From: a virus
Lineage: Duplodnaviria; Caudoviricetes
IMG/VR virus record: IMGVR_UViG_3300025018_000456
Span: 1 to 28,486 of that record
Length of the DNA stretch: 28,486 bases
Strand: one strand, 5' to 3'
Shown: piece after piece, positions 15,162-23,249 of the stretch
Position numbering within the stretch: position 1 is the stretch's first letter
How the letters are laid out: the number at the start of each line of letters is the position of its first letter
Notes under the pieces: model-generated
What the model saw: the letters and a program-made list of their open reading frames with translations, nothing else
Told to the model about the DNA's origin: nothing
The model's database searches: none
Translations under genes and position numbers: made by a program

Positions 15162-17887
15162 ACCGCCCCCTCAACCGCGCCGAGTTGATCCTGCGCCGAC
15201 CGTGTAGCCCGGCCGATGCCCTCGCGGATCGCCTGCACCACCACGCGGGTGAACGGCATCATGGCCGAAGATGTCGCGTCCGCGATGATGCGCCCCTGCT
15301 GGTTGAGGCGGGCCTGGGCCAAGATCGCTTCGTCGCCGATCCCGAAGTTGCCGAGGGCGGTCCCGACGAGCGAGTCGGTGTAACTGGCGTGGCGCGGGTC
15401 CTGCTGGCCGCCCTGCATCTGGACGGATATGCTACGCGGGTCGCGGGCCGCGGCCTCGCCATGCAGACGGGACACCGCGCCACCGAACGGCGCGGGTAGG
15501 GTCATCACACCAGAGTCGGACATCCCGACACCGAGTTGCGCCAGGCGGTCTTCAATCTGGCCGAGTGCCTCGCGACTCCCGGCCACGGCGCCTGACGCCG
15601 CCCCGCCGGCGATCATTTCCGCGATGCTTCGGCGGAGCTCGCCACGTTCGCCCGCCAACCCGATGATTTCTGTCAGCATGGCGTCGGTGGACTTGCCGAA
15701 CGCCTGAGTCAGCCCCTCCAACCGGCGAGCCGTGAAATCCAGCCACTGCGCCGTGAGGTCCATCTGCCGTTGCATCCCGGTCTCAACCGCCGAGGCATAC
15801 TGGTCGAACCCGGCGGTCAACCCCTCCAACCGCAACTGCTCCTGCCGGGCGGCCTCGCGGTGCCGGTCGGCCATGGTCTTGATCTGGTCGGCGATTTTCG
15901 GGTTGGCGTCTGCCTCGCGCTCCAAGGCATCGGCTCGCGCCTCGTTCACGCGGATGGATTCCTGCAACGCCTTGACGTTCGGAAGGGCCTTGCCGAGTTC
16001 GTCCAGGAACAGCTGGCGGAGCCGGGCGGCCCCGGCCTCCGGCGAACCGGCCGGCGGGAGTTGCCCTGCCCGGCGTCGGGCGGCGGCCATGGCGGAGCCG
16101 GCGGCGGCACGCCCCTGCGCGGTTCCAGTGCGGCGCCCGGCGGCGGTGAGCCGGTCGTCAAGCGCCATGCCAGCCTGCGCCTCGGCGTACGCCTGCGCGC
16201 GGCTGGCCGCGATGAGCCCGGCCATGATGGCCTTCTGCTTTTCGAGCAGCTTGAGATAATCCTGCCGGGCGGTCGTGGCTTGCTTGACGGCGGCGGCCTC
16301 GGCGTCGATGGCATCCTTGTGGGCCTTGGTCCCCGCCGTGGCGGCTTGCACCTGCCGCTGCTCAGCTTCCAACACGGCCACACGGTTGCGGTGGTTATCC
16401 TCGGCGTCACGGAGGTTGGCGTTGAGACGGTCCAGGGCCTGCGCCCACTGCGAGGTCTGACCCGCGGCAGAGCGCGTGGCGTCCGCGGTGCCACGGGAGG
16501 AGCGGCCCGCATCGTCGACGGCCTCGGCCGCGCCGCTGGCAGCCTTGTCCGCCTCATTGAATGCCTTGGCCGCGTCACCGACGTTGCCACGCAGATAATC
16601 CCACACCGAGCCGGCGGTACGCTTCACTCCGCCGGCGGCGCCCCCGGCGATCTTGCCGACCGCGCCACCGACCGACGTCGGGTTGGCCAGCGGTACCGCC
16701 CGGCCGCCGCGCTTTCCGCCCACGCCTTGCAGACGGTCCAGCAGGTCAATCAGCGGCTGCAGCCGGGTCAGCGCGTCGTCAACCAGCCGGTCAAGCTCCT
16801 GCAGCGCCACAACGCGAAGCTCGGCGAACCCGGCCCGTGCGAGGTCCGGCAGGGCGTACATCGTGATGGTGAACTGGTCACGCCAGAGCTGGAACGTCGA
16901 CTTCGCCCGACCGATGGCGGTGCCGAACATCGCGAACACGCGCTTGATGGTCGCCCCCCATGCCTCAATGTTCTCGACCGTGAAGGTCCGCTTGATCCAG
17001 TCGGCGATACCCGGCAGCCAGGCGGCCACGGTCTGCCCCAGCTTCGCGAACACCGGGACGAGCCCGGTCACGGCGGCGGTGATGTCGCGGAGCCCCTGCG
17101 CCCCCTCATCAGTGGCGAACGCCGCACCGAACGCCGCGGCCACGTCGCGGAACGCAGCTTTCAGGTTGGTGATGGAGTTCGCGAAGGAGTCGGCCGCCCG
17201 TGGTAGCGCGCCGAACCCCTTGACGATGAGCCCGATGAACTGCTCGGCCGACACCCCTGCCGCCGCGAATTCCTTCTGAAGTTTCTCGGTGTCCGCTGTG
17301 CCGAACACGTCGGTCATCACGGCGCGGATCTGCGGCACCGCCTCGGCGAGCTGGTTGATTTCCTCGGCGGAGACCTTGCCCTTGGACACAATCTGCGACA
17401 GCGCCACGCCGACCCGCTGCAACTCCGCCTCGCCACGGCCGGCCAGCGCGAGCGCGTTGCCGAACTGCTCGATCGCATCGATCGCCACGTCCGCTTCGAT
17501 GCGGACGGCGATGAGACTGGTTGCCAACTGCGCGCCGGAGTCAAAGGTCACGCCAGGCTTGAGCGCCACGGCCTGCAACCGCTTCATCGCCCGGCTGGCC
17601 GCCTCCGCGGAACCGAGCATGGACTTGAGCCCGAGTTCCACCGACTGCCGCTGAGCCGCGACGCTGATGCCCCACGCGCCGAACGCCACGGCGGCCACGC
17701 CCGCGGCCTTGGCGATGTTTTTGAGCGCCGCGACTGAGGTCGCACCCATGCGGGTCATCGCCGCCCCGGCCATGTGTGCACCGGCTGAGATAGCGCGTTG
17801 CCCGGCCATGATGCCGGCGTATGCCCGCGTCACCTGCGCCGTGCCGGTGACCTTGAAGGCTACGACCTGTTCTTCTCGGCCTCTCAC
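15158..17887 (-). CDS. Tape measure protein, about 909 aa
   Basis: GTG at 17887 in a GTGA overlap; Ala-rich helical; ALSQIVSKGKVSAEEINQLAE tape-measure domain motif. Confidence 0.92.
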   Translation of the reverse strand: MRGREEQVVAFKVTGTAQVTRAYAGIMAGQRAISAGAHMAGAAMTRMGATSVAALKNIAKAAGVAAVAFGAWGISVAAQRQSVELGLKSMLGSAEAASRAMKRLQAVALKPGVTFDSGAQLATSLIAVRIEADVAIDAIEQFGNALALAGRGEAELQRVGVALSQIVSKGKVSAEEINQLAEAVPQIRAVMTDVFGTADTEKLQKEFAAAGVSAEQFIGLIVKGFGALPRAADSFANSITNLKAAFRDVAAAFGAAFATDEGAQGLRDITAAVTGLVPVFAKLGQTVAAWLPGIADWIKRTFTVENIEAWGATIKRVFAMFGTAIGRAKSTFQLWRDQFTITMYALPDLARAGFAELRVVALQELDRLVDDALTRLQPLIDLLDRLQGVGGKRGGRAVPLANPTSVGGAVGKIAGGAAGGVKRTAGSVWDYLRGNVGDAAKAFNEADKAASGAAEAVDDAGRSSRGTADATRSAAGQTSQWAQALDRLNANLRDAEDNHRNRVAVLEAEQRQVQAATAGTKAHKDAIDAEAAAVKQATTARQDYLKLLEKQKAIMAGLIAASRAQAYAEAQAGMALDDRLTAAGRRTGTAQGRAAAGSAMAAARRRAGQLPPAGSPEAGAARLRQLFLDELGKALPNVKALQESIRVNEARADALEREADANPKIADQIKTMADRHREAARQEQLRLEGLTAGFDQYASAVETGMQRQMDLTAQWLDFTARRLEGLTQAFGKSTDAMLTEIIGLAGERGELRRSIAEMIAGGAASGAVAGSREALGQIEDRLAQLGVGMSDSGVMTLPAPFGGAVSRLHGEAAARDPRSISVQMQGGQQDPRHASYTDSLVGTALGNFGIGDEAILAQARLNQQGRIIADATSSAMMPFTRVVVQAIREGIGRATRSAQDQLGAVEGAV

Positions 17888-18093
17888 GGCTTCGCCTCTT
17901 TCGGCGTCAAGACCTGCTGATGTGCCGCCCAATCGGCGACGGCGACGCTTACGTCAAGCGGGCTAACCATCATCTCCGACGGCAGACGGTGCAACTTCTC
18001 GACTATCCACCACGTCCGCGCCGCTTCGTCCTCCTGCGTCATCGAGTGCGGGTGGTGCCACGGCGCGAAACCGCACACCGGCGGTCCGGCCAC
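17884..18093 (-). CDS. Tail assembly chaperone extension (lambda gpT-like), probably made by frameshift
   Basis: Overlaps the chaperone 3' end in the +1 frame; EKLHRLPSEM resembles gpT-type motifs; its stop overlaps the tape measure start. Confidence 0.55.
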   Translation of the reverse strand: MAGPPVCGFAPWHHPHSMTQEDEAARTWWIVEKLHRLPSEMMVSPLDVSVAVADWAAHQQVLTPKEAKP

Positions 18094-18841
18094 CTCCCGC
18101 GAGGTTGGTGGCTTCGACGAACATCCGGCGCGCCGTGCCGTACGGCAGGAGCTTGACCTGCTCGCGCGTCAGGAGTGGCGGCCCGCCCGGCCCGGCGGTC
18201 ACGCAGCCGGCCAGCAGGTGCGACATCACGGCGATCTGATTGACCGGGCCGAGGGTCCGGCAGGCCATGCTCGCGGCCGACCGAGCAGCCTCCGTGTAGG
18301 GCCTGACGTAGACTTCCAGGCCGGCACAGTCCGCCCGGAGGTCGCCAACCCACCGCCCACGCCACTTTACCGCCTCGCGCCACGCCCGCGGGTCGGAACC
18401 GTCCGGCTCGGTGACCGCCGCGTCGCTATAGCCGCTGGCCTGTAGCACGGCCATGAGCAGCGCGAGCCCTGGCGTCACGTCGACGGCGCCGTCGGTCATC
18501 AGCAGGGAAATGTCGCCAACTTCCTCCGGCGAGTCGAATACGGGTATCATCCGCGCGAGGTTCGCCGGCTCCGGCTCGGCCGCCCCGTCGGTTAGCAGCC
18601 ACGCATCCGGGTCGATATGCAAACTGGCCGCCACGATTGCCCGGTCGCCGTCGGTGTCGTCAAAGTCGGCGCCGAGATTGATTGCCGCCCCGTTGTGGCA
18701 GGCGATGGCAGCATCGACGGTAAGCGGTTTCAACCAGCAGACCGCCGAGGGTGGCGCGTCGGGAAGTAATCCAACGCACCACCCCCAGCCGGCCGCCGGG
18801 CGCGTCAGAGGTTCGGCCTGTTCCCGTGCCGTGATCCTCAT
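17963..18841 (-). CDS. Tail assembly chaperone (lambda gpG-like), 292 aa
   Basis: Between tail tube and tape measure; TGATG overlap at 18841. Confidence 0.7.
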   Translation of the reverse strand: MRITAREQAEPLTRPAAGWGWCVGLLPDAPPSAVCWLKPLTVDAAIACHNGAAINLGADFDDTDGDRAIVAASLHIDPDAWLLTDGAAEPEPANLARMIPVFDSPEEVGDISLLMTDGAVDVTPGLALLMAVLQASGYSDAAVTEPDGSDPRAWREAVKWRGRWVGDLRADCAGLEVYVRPYTEAARSAASMACRTLGPVNQIAVMSHLLAGCVTAGPGGPPLLTREQVKLLPYGTARRMFVEATNLAGGGRTAGVRFRAVAPPALDDAGGRSGADVVDSREVAPSAVGDDG

Positions 18842-19239
18842 CAGTACGTGATTCCACTGGCCTGCGACGGGATCTCGCTGAATTGAAACGTCAGCTGCCA
18901 TGTCAGCACGTCGTCAGGCTGCGTGCTCGGCACGGCGGCGATGAGTTTGCCGTTGGCCGACAGGATCGTCGTGCTGTCCCGCATCCAGTAGCCGATCATG
19001 GTAGTTCCGAGCAGGGCCAGGATCGCGTCATCGGTAGAAATGATAGTCGCTTCCAACCCGGCTTCGTCCGCCATGCCGGAGACTTGCGATAGCCCGGCCG
19101 CGTCACCGGACCCGCGGATGTTGAACAGCCTCGGCGTGGTGTTGACCGTCATCCCGCTTCCATCGCGGAGCTTGTAGAGCACGGAGCCGAGTTTCAGCTT
19201 GTCCTTGGCCCCGGTGGTGTAGGTTGCAGTGTCAGACAT
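18841..19239 (-). CDS. Tail tube (major tail) protein, 132 aa
   Basis: GAGGAGG RBS, ATG at 19239; position; C-terminal DDVLTWQLTFQFS beta-strand pattern. Confidence 0.7.
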   Translation of the reverse strand: MSDTATYTTGAKDKLKLGSVLYKLRDGSGMTVNTTPRLFNIRGSGDAAGLSQVSGMADEAGLEATIISTDDAILALLGTTMIGYWMRDSTTILSANGKLIAAVPSTQPDDVLTWQLTFQFSEIPSQASGITY

Positions 19240-19250
19240 GGTTGGCCTCC

Positions 19251-19724
19251 TCAGGCTGTCCCGGCGATATCGGCATGGTGCCGAACCTCGAAATCCAGCG
19301 TCAGTAGCAGGGCCGGAAGTCCGGCCTGGGTATTGAACGGTTCGCCTTGCGGGTCGGAGCGCGTCCAACGCGCGAGCGGGTAACTGGCCGACAGGGCGGT
19401 CTCACACGCGGCCCGCACCACGTCGACGTACGCCTCGGCGGTCGTCATCATGTCGGTCGTGGTGTCGTCTGCCACCGCGATGAACACCTGCAACGCCACG
19501 GCGATGCCCATTGCCGGCGAGGTGTGATAGTCGGTGGCTTCCACGCCCGTCACGTCGACGGCCATCGCCGGCAGGCTGTCGTAGTGCAACAGCAGTCTCG
19601 AACTGTTGAGAATGCCGGAGGCGGCAGAAATGGTCGCCAACCCCGCGGTTGTGAGCGCCAAGTTGATGGCGGTCAACGTCGCCGGGGCGGTGAGCTTGCC
19701 CTTGATGGTCGCAACCTGCCCCAT
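19251..19724 (-). CDS. Tail terminator / completion protein
   Basis: Size (157 aa), position before the tail tube, LPA.AV motif. Confidence 0.6.
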   Translation of the reverse strand: MGQVATIKGKLTAPATLTAINLALTTAGLATISAASGILNSSRLLLHYDSLPAMAVDVTGVEATDYHTSPAMGIAVALQVFIAVADDTTTDMMTTAEAYVDVVRAACETALSASYPLARWTRSDPQGEPFNTQAGLPALLLTLDFEVRHHADIAGTA

Positions 19725-20431
19725 CAGATCCTCCCCCCGGCGATGTCGGCCAGCTCGCGCATCAGCACCGGCAGAGCGTCGTCGATCGCCGGGTAAAGCC
19801 TGTTGTATGGCTTCGTGCCGTGTTTAGCGATAGCGCGTTGAACCGCGTGGGCAATCTCCAACTCCCGCCCGGTGTGCGAGAAGCTGGCGATCTTGCCGCC
19901 CCGCATCCGCTCGAACCGGTCTTCGATCTGCAGCCTGATTTCGGCCGCGGCCTGTCGCTTGCGCCCAGCCTTCGTCTGCCCGTCGGCAATGCGCCGGGCC
20001 ATTCCGAGCGACATTTTGAGCGCGGCGCCCGTGGCGTCCGACGGTCGGCCGCGATGCGTTGATGCACCGTCCGCGAGGTGCTTCGCCTGGACCCACCGCA
20101 GCAGACCGCCGCCCTCCGGTGTGGTGATTGGCACCATGTGCGGTGGGGTGCCGAACTCGACTTCGGACCAGTAGTCTGCCAGCCCGACCCCGCCGATCAT
20201 CGCGGAGGCGGTCTGCTTGACGTACGGCTGCGGCGACCGCAACAGGTTGCCAGTCGCGTCGTTTTTCCCTTTGCTGGCCAAAGGCGAGTGCATCCAGTTG
20301 AACTGCGCGTTCGGCTTGACACCGCCCTTGTCAACCAACGCCGTGAGCATGGCAGCCCGCAGCGCCCGCGGCAGCCGGTCGGCCTGCCGGGCGATGTGCC
20401 CGTTGCTTCGCCAGTCCATCCGGGAGGTCAT
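19724..20431 (-). CDS. HK97 gp10-like neck/tail-completion protein
   Basis: TGNL.RS, Y...VEFGT.PH and HGTKP...L.PA motifs, with a basic insertion. Confidence 0.75.
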   Translation of the reverse strand: MTSRMDWRSNGHIARQADRLPRALRAAMLTALVDKGGVKPNAQFNWMHSPLASKGKNDATGNLLRSPQPYVKQTASAMIGGVGLADYWSEVEFGTPPHMVPITTPEGGGLLRWVQAKHLADGASTHRGRPSDATGAALKMSLGMARRIADGQTKAGRKRQAAAEIRLQIEDRFERMRGGKIASFSHTGRELEIAHAVQRAIAKHGTKPYNRLYPAIDDALPVLMRELADIAGGRI

Positions 20432-21075
20432 AGCGTCAACCTCCGATACGGGTCAAGCATCAACCGGATGCGACTGGGCATCGCAGACTCGCGGATCGCC
20501 ATCCCGGTCCCGGCGATCTGGACGGACTCGGCCGATGGCACGGGCGAGTGCCACAGGAGCGAGCAGAGCTGCAGGCAGGCGTTCTCCAGGTCATCGAGCG
20601 CCCGGCGGTGAAGCCGGCCCAACACCGTCGCCAGGGCCGCGGTCGTGGCGTCATACCCGGCCCGCGCAACCACGGCGATGGTTTGTACGCCTGGCGTCGT
20701 GCTGTAGCCATGCAGGTTGATGACCCCGATCGCGGCGTTCATCGTGTAGCCGGTGCCGTAGATGCTTGTGCGGGCCGCGATGACCTCGGAGGTTGCCGAG
20801 TCGGTGACGCTGGTAACGGCCACAATCGGCCATGCGCCCTCGCGGTACAACGGGATCATCGTCCCGCCGTCGCCGTCCAGGGTGTAGGTATAGGCCGCGG
20901 CCGGAGCGATGAGCATCCGGTCGCAGTACGCTTCGATATGGCTTGAAACGCGGTTGATGAGCGCCTCGCACCGGGCCGTGGCGTAGCGACCATCGGTGGC
21001 CGTGGCGATGGTGTCCTGTGCCAGCCATGCCTGCAGGTTGGCGACGGTCGTCAAAGCGTTGGCGTTCAAGGCCAT
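20428..21075 (-). CDS. Head-tail adaptor (HK97 gp6/SPP1 gp15-like)
   Basis: LTTVA.L..WL, LI...S..IE.YCDR, PI..VTSV, AGY, DLE.ACL.L, MP......LDPYRR. Confidence 0.85.
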   Translation of the reverse strand: MALNANALTTVANLQAWLAQDTIATATDGRYATARCEALINRVSSHIEAYCDRMLIAPAAAYTYTLDGDGGTMIPLYREGAWPIVAVTSVTDSATSEVIAARTSIYGTGYTMNAAIGVINLHGYSTTPGVQTIAVVARAGYDATTAALATVLGRLHRRALDDLENACLQLCSLLWHSPVPSAESVQIAGTGMAIRESAMPSRIRLMLDPYRRLTL

Positions 21076-21701
21076 CAGTCGAGCCTCACGATGTCTGCCA
21101 GATGCCCGTAGACACTCACGTAATCGGACCAACAGCCGTCATACGTTAGCGCGTAGTCTCGCCATGCCTCGCGGACACCCCACGGGATTGCCTCGTCGCC
21201 CCGGTCGCCCCAGTCGTGTAGCGCGCAACAGCCCTGCGCCACGACGCGGCCAGCGTAAAGTTCAAGGTCGGCCCGAACATCCGCCTCGTGATGGTTGGCG
21301 TCCAGGTACAACAGGCTGGTCTTGGACGGCGCCTGCTTCGCCGCATCGGCCCCGGTTGCCCCAATGAGGGTAATCCGGTCGGCGATGCCGAGGACTTCCC
21401 ACGCATCGCGGGCCACCTGCGCCATGTCGCGGCCGTCGGCGATGGCGAGCTGCGTCGGGTTGTATAGCTCCGGGTCGTGCGGGTCAATCGTCACCACCGC
21501 CCGGCCAGCGGCGGCCATCACGGCGGCGGAATAGCCGGCCCAGCATCCGAGTTCGATGACCGGCAGACTGGAATCGGTTCCGCCCGCCAGGTCATAGAGC
21601 CGCCATGCCTCGCCGCACCAATGGGGCACCTGCAGCCGGCCAAGGCGGTGTACGATGTCGGCCAGCGGGATGGGCTCGAACGTCCGCTTGCGCTTCGCCA
21701 T
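21075..21701 (-). CDS. Class I SAM-dependent methyltransferase (Methyltransf_24-like)
   Basis: VIELGCWAGYSA, TIDPH, LLYLDANH, D......V..GG-like..HD motifs. Confidence 0.88.
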   Translation of the reverse strand: MAKRKRTFEPIPLADIVHRLGRLQVPHWCGEAWRLYDLAGGTDSSLPVIELGCWAGYSAAVMAAAGRAVVTIDPHDPELYNPTQLAIADGRDMAQVARDAWEVLGIADRITLIGATGADAAKQAPSKTSLLYLDANHHEADVRADLELYAGRVVAQGCCALHDWGDRGDEAIPWGVREAWRDYALTYDGCWSDYVSVYGHLADIVRLD

Positions 21702-22798
21702 CACGCCACCTCTCGGACAAGCTGGACCGCCCGCGGCCACGTCGCCTGCAAGGTCAGCAGAATCTCAGGGGACACCAGCGCCTCGGCGCCAGGCGCGATG
21801 CTGAGCCCGTAGCTTGGAACTTCCATCGGCGCGTCGCCGGTGTTGCGAACCGCCACCGCCGCGGCCGGGTCCTGTTCGTCGGTCACGAACACGACTTTGA
21901 GGCTACGATCCGGCCCCTCGTCATACCGCCAGAAGCTGCCGTCGCTTTGGTAGTGACGGCAGCGGACCCGCCCGTCTTGGATCGGCGGGCATCCGGTCGC
22001 CAGTTCGAGCCGGCGGAACCACCACACGTCCTCGCCGAGGATGCCAATGTTCGGATTGCCGACCAACTCCCACAACAACGTCCGATCCTCGCGGTACTTC
22101 GTGTACTCCGCCCAGCCAAGGTCTGCCAGCACCGTCCGCCGCATCAGCGAACAGCCGAACCCGGCGATCTGTGTGTACCCGATGCGCCCGGCTTTGAGCG
22201 GAATGTAGCGGTTCGAGCCGTCGGTCATCTGGCCTGACTCGCCGGGGTCACGATCCATCATCTGCGAGATCGGCGCGCCGTGCATCCGCGTAGCGTAAAC
22301 ACCTACCGCCACCTGCGGTGCGAACGGGCCGATCGTCTCGGTGAGCACCTGCCGCAGGCAGACCCACGCATGAGCGCGCGGGTCGATATCGCTGTCCAAC
22401 CAGAGCACCCAGTCGACCTCAGGCTCCAAGCTGAGCACGCCGAGCCGGGTCGCCTCGCGGAGAATGGCGACCTTGTGCAGGTAGACGATGTTCGCCGGAC
22501 CGCCGGTGTGAGGGTTTGCGTCGAACGTGGCCAGCCCGCGAACGATGGATGAGATTTCCGCCGCGGTGTTCGAGCCCGTCTTGAGCGCCGACGGGATGAA
22601 CGGCAGAAGCTGGATGCCCGACCGCTTGGCCGCCGCGCGCGCAGCGTCCATCAACTCAGCGTCCGCGTCATAGCAGCAGGCCACGATGACCGGCTCAGCG
22701 CCGGCCCAGTCGATCCCGGCCCATCGTTCGATCATCGTCGGGATGATCGCCCGTTTGCCGTTGTCCAGCATGGTCGCAATCGCTACACGCTCGGTCAT
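21701..22798 (-). CDS. GT-A fold (GT2-like) glycosyltransferase
   Basis: WVLWLDSDI (DxD), AGFGCSLMRR.VL, GEDVWW.RR, DGRVRCRH motifs. Confidence 0.85.
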   Translation of the reverse strand: MTERVAIATMLDNGKRAIIPTMIERWAGIDWAGAEPVIVACCYDADAELMDAARAAAKRSGIQLLPFIPSALKTGSNTAAEISSIVRGLATFDANPHTGGPANIVYLHKVAILREATRLGVLSLEPEVDWVLWLDSDIDPRAHAWVCLRQVLTETIGPFAPQVAVGVYATRMHGAPISQMMDRDPGESGQMTDGSNRYIPLKAGRIGYTQIAGFGCSLMRRTVLADLGWAEYTKYREDRTLLWELVGNPNIGILGEDVWWFRRLELATGCPPIQDGRVRCRHYQSDGSFWRYDEGPDRSLKVVFVTDEQDPAAAVAVRNTGDAPMEVPSYGLSIAPGAEALVSPEILLTLQATWPRAVQLVREVA

Positions 22799-22956
22799 TT
22801 GGTTCTTGTCCCCTTCGCCGGCTTGGTGTGGTAGCTACGCCGCTCAGCGGGCAGGCGGGCAACCGTCACCTGCGACCCCGACTCAAGCGCCCGGACGATG
22901 CCCTCGGGCAGGTCCACTTGAGCCGACTCGTCGCCGCAGGTGACGATCACGCGCAT
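22795..22956 (-). CDS. Small head-associated hypothetical protein, 53 aa
   Basis: GGAGG RBS, ATG at 22956; ATGA overlap with the glycosyltransferase gene. Confidence 0.6.
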   Translation of the reverse strand: MRVIVTCGDESAQVDLPEGIVRALESGSQVTVARLPAERRSYHTKPAKGTRTK

Positions 22957-22961
22957 GGTCG

Positions 22962-23228
22962 TTAGCCCTCCGCGGCAGACACATCCAGCCACCGCAGGAT
23001 GATTAGCTTGTCCACGGTGGTCCCTTCGATCTTGATGTTCCCCGCGGAGTCGATGGTCGTCGTAGCAGTACGATCCTCGGTGAGCACGCCACTGGCCGTG
23101 ACGGCCTGGCACTCGATGATCACGTCATCGACGGCCAGGCCGCTAATCGCGATGCTGGTCGCACTCGCCGCACCGGCCGCCGTGGTTACCTTCCACATCG
23201 CCGGGTTGAAGTTGCCGAAGGTCGGCAT
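22962..23228 (-). CDS. Probable capsid decoration / head-associated protein, 88 aa
   Basis: Immediately after the major capsid gene; AAAGGA RBS; Thr/Ala/Ile-rich beta character. Confidence 0.6.
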   Translation of the reverse strand: MPTFGNFNPAMWKVTTAAGAASATSIAISGLAVDDVIIECQAVTASGVLTEDRTATTTIDSAGNIKIEGTTVDKLIILRWLDVSAAEG

Positions 23229-23249
23229 GATGCATTATCCTTTCTCGCC

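Noticed and set aside
15770-17206. 478-aa plus-strand ORF, and other long plus-strand ORFs such as 23478-24644, 24442-25344, 3893-4828 and 7092-7934
   Set aside because: Antisense shadows of well-supported minus-strand genes; expected in high-GC DNA and lacking recognisable motifs
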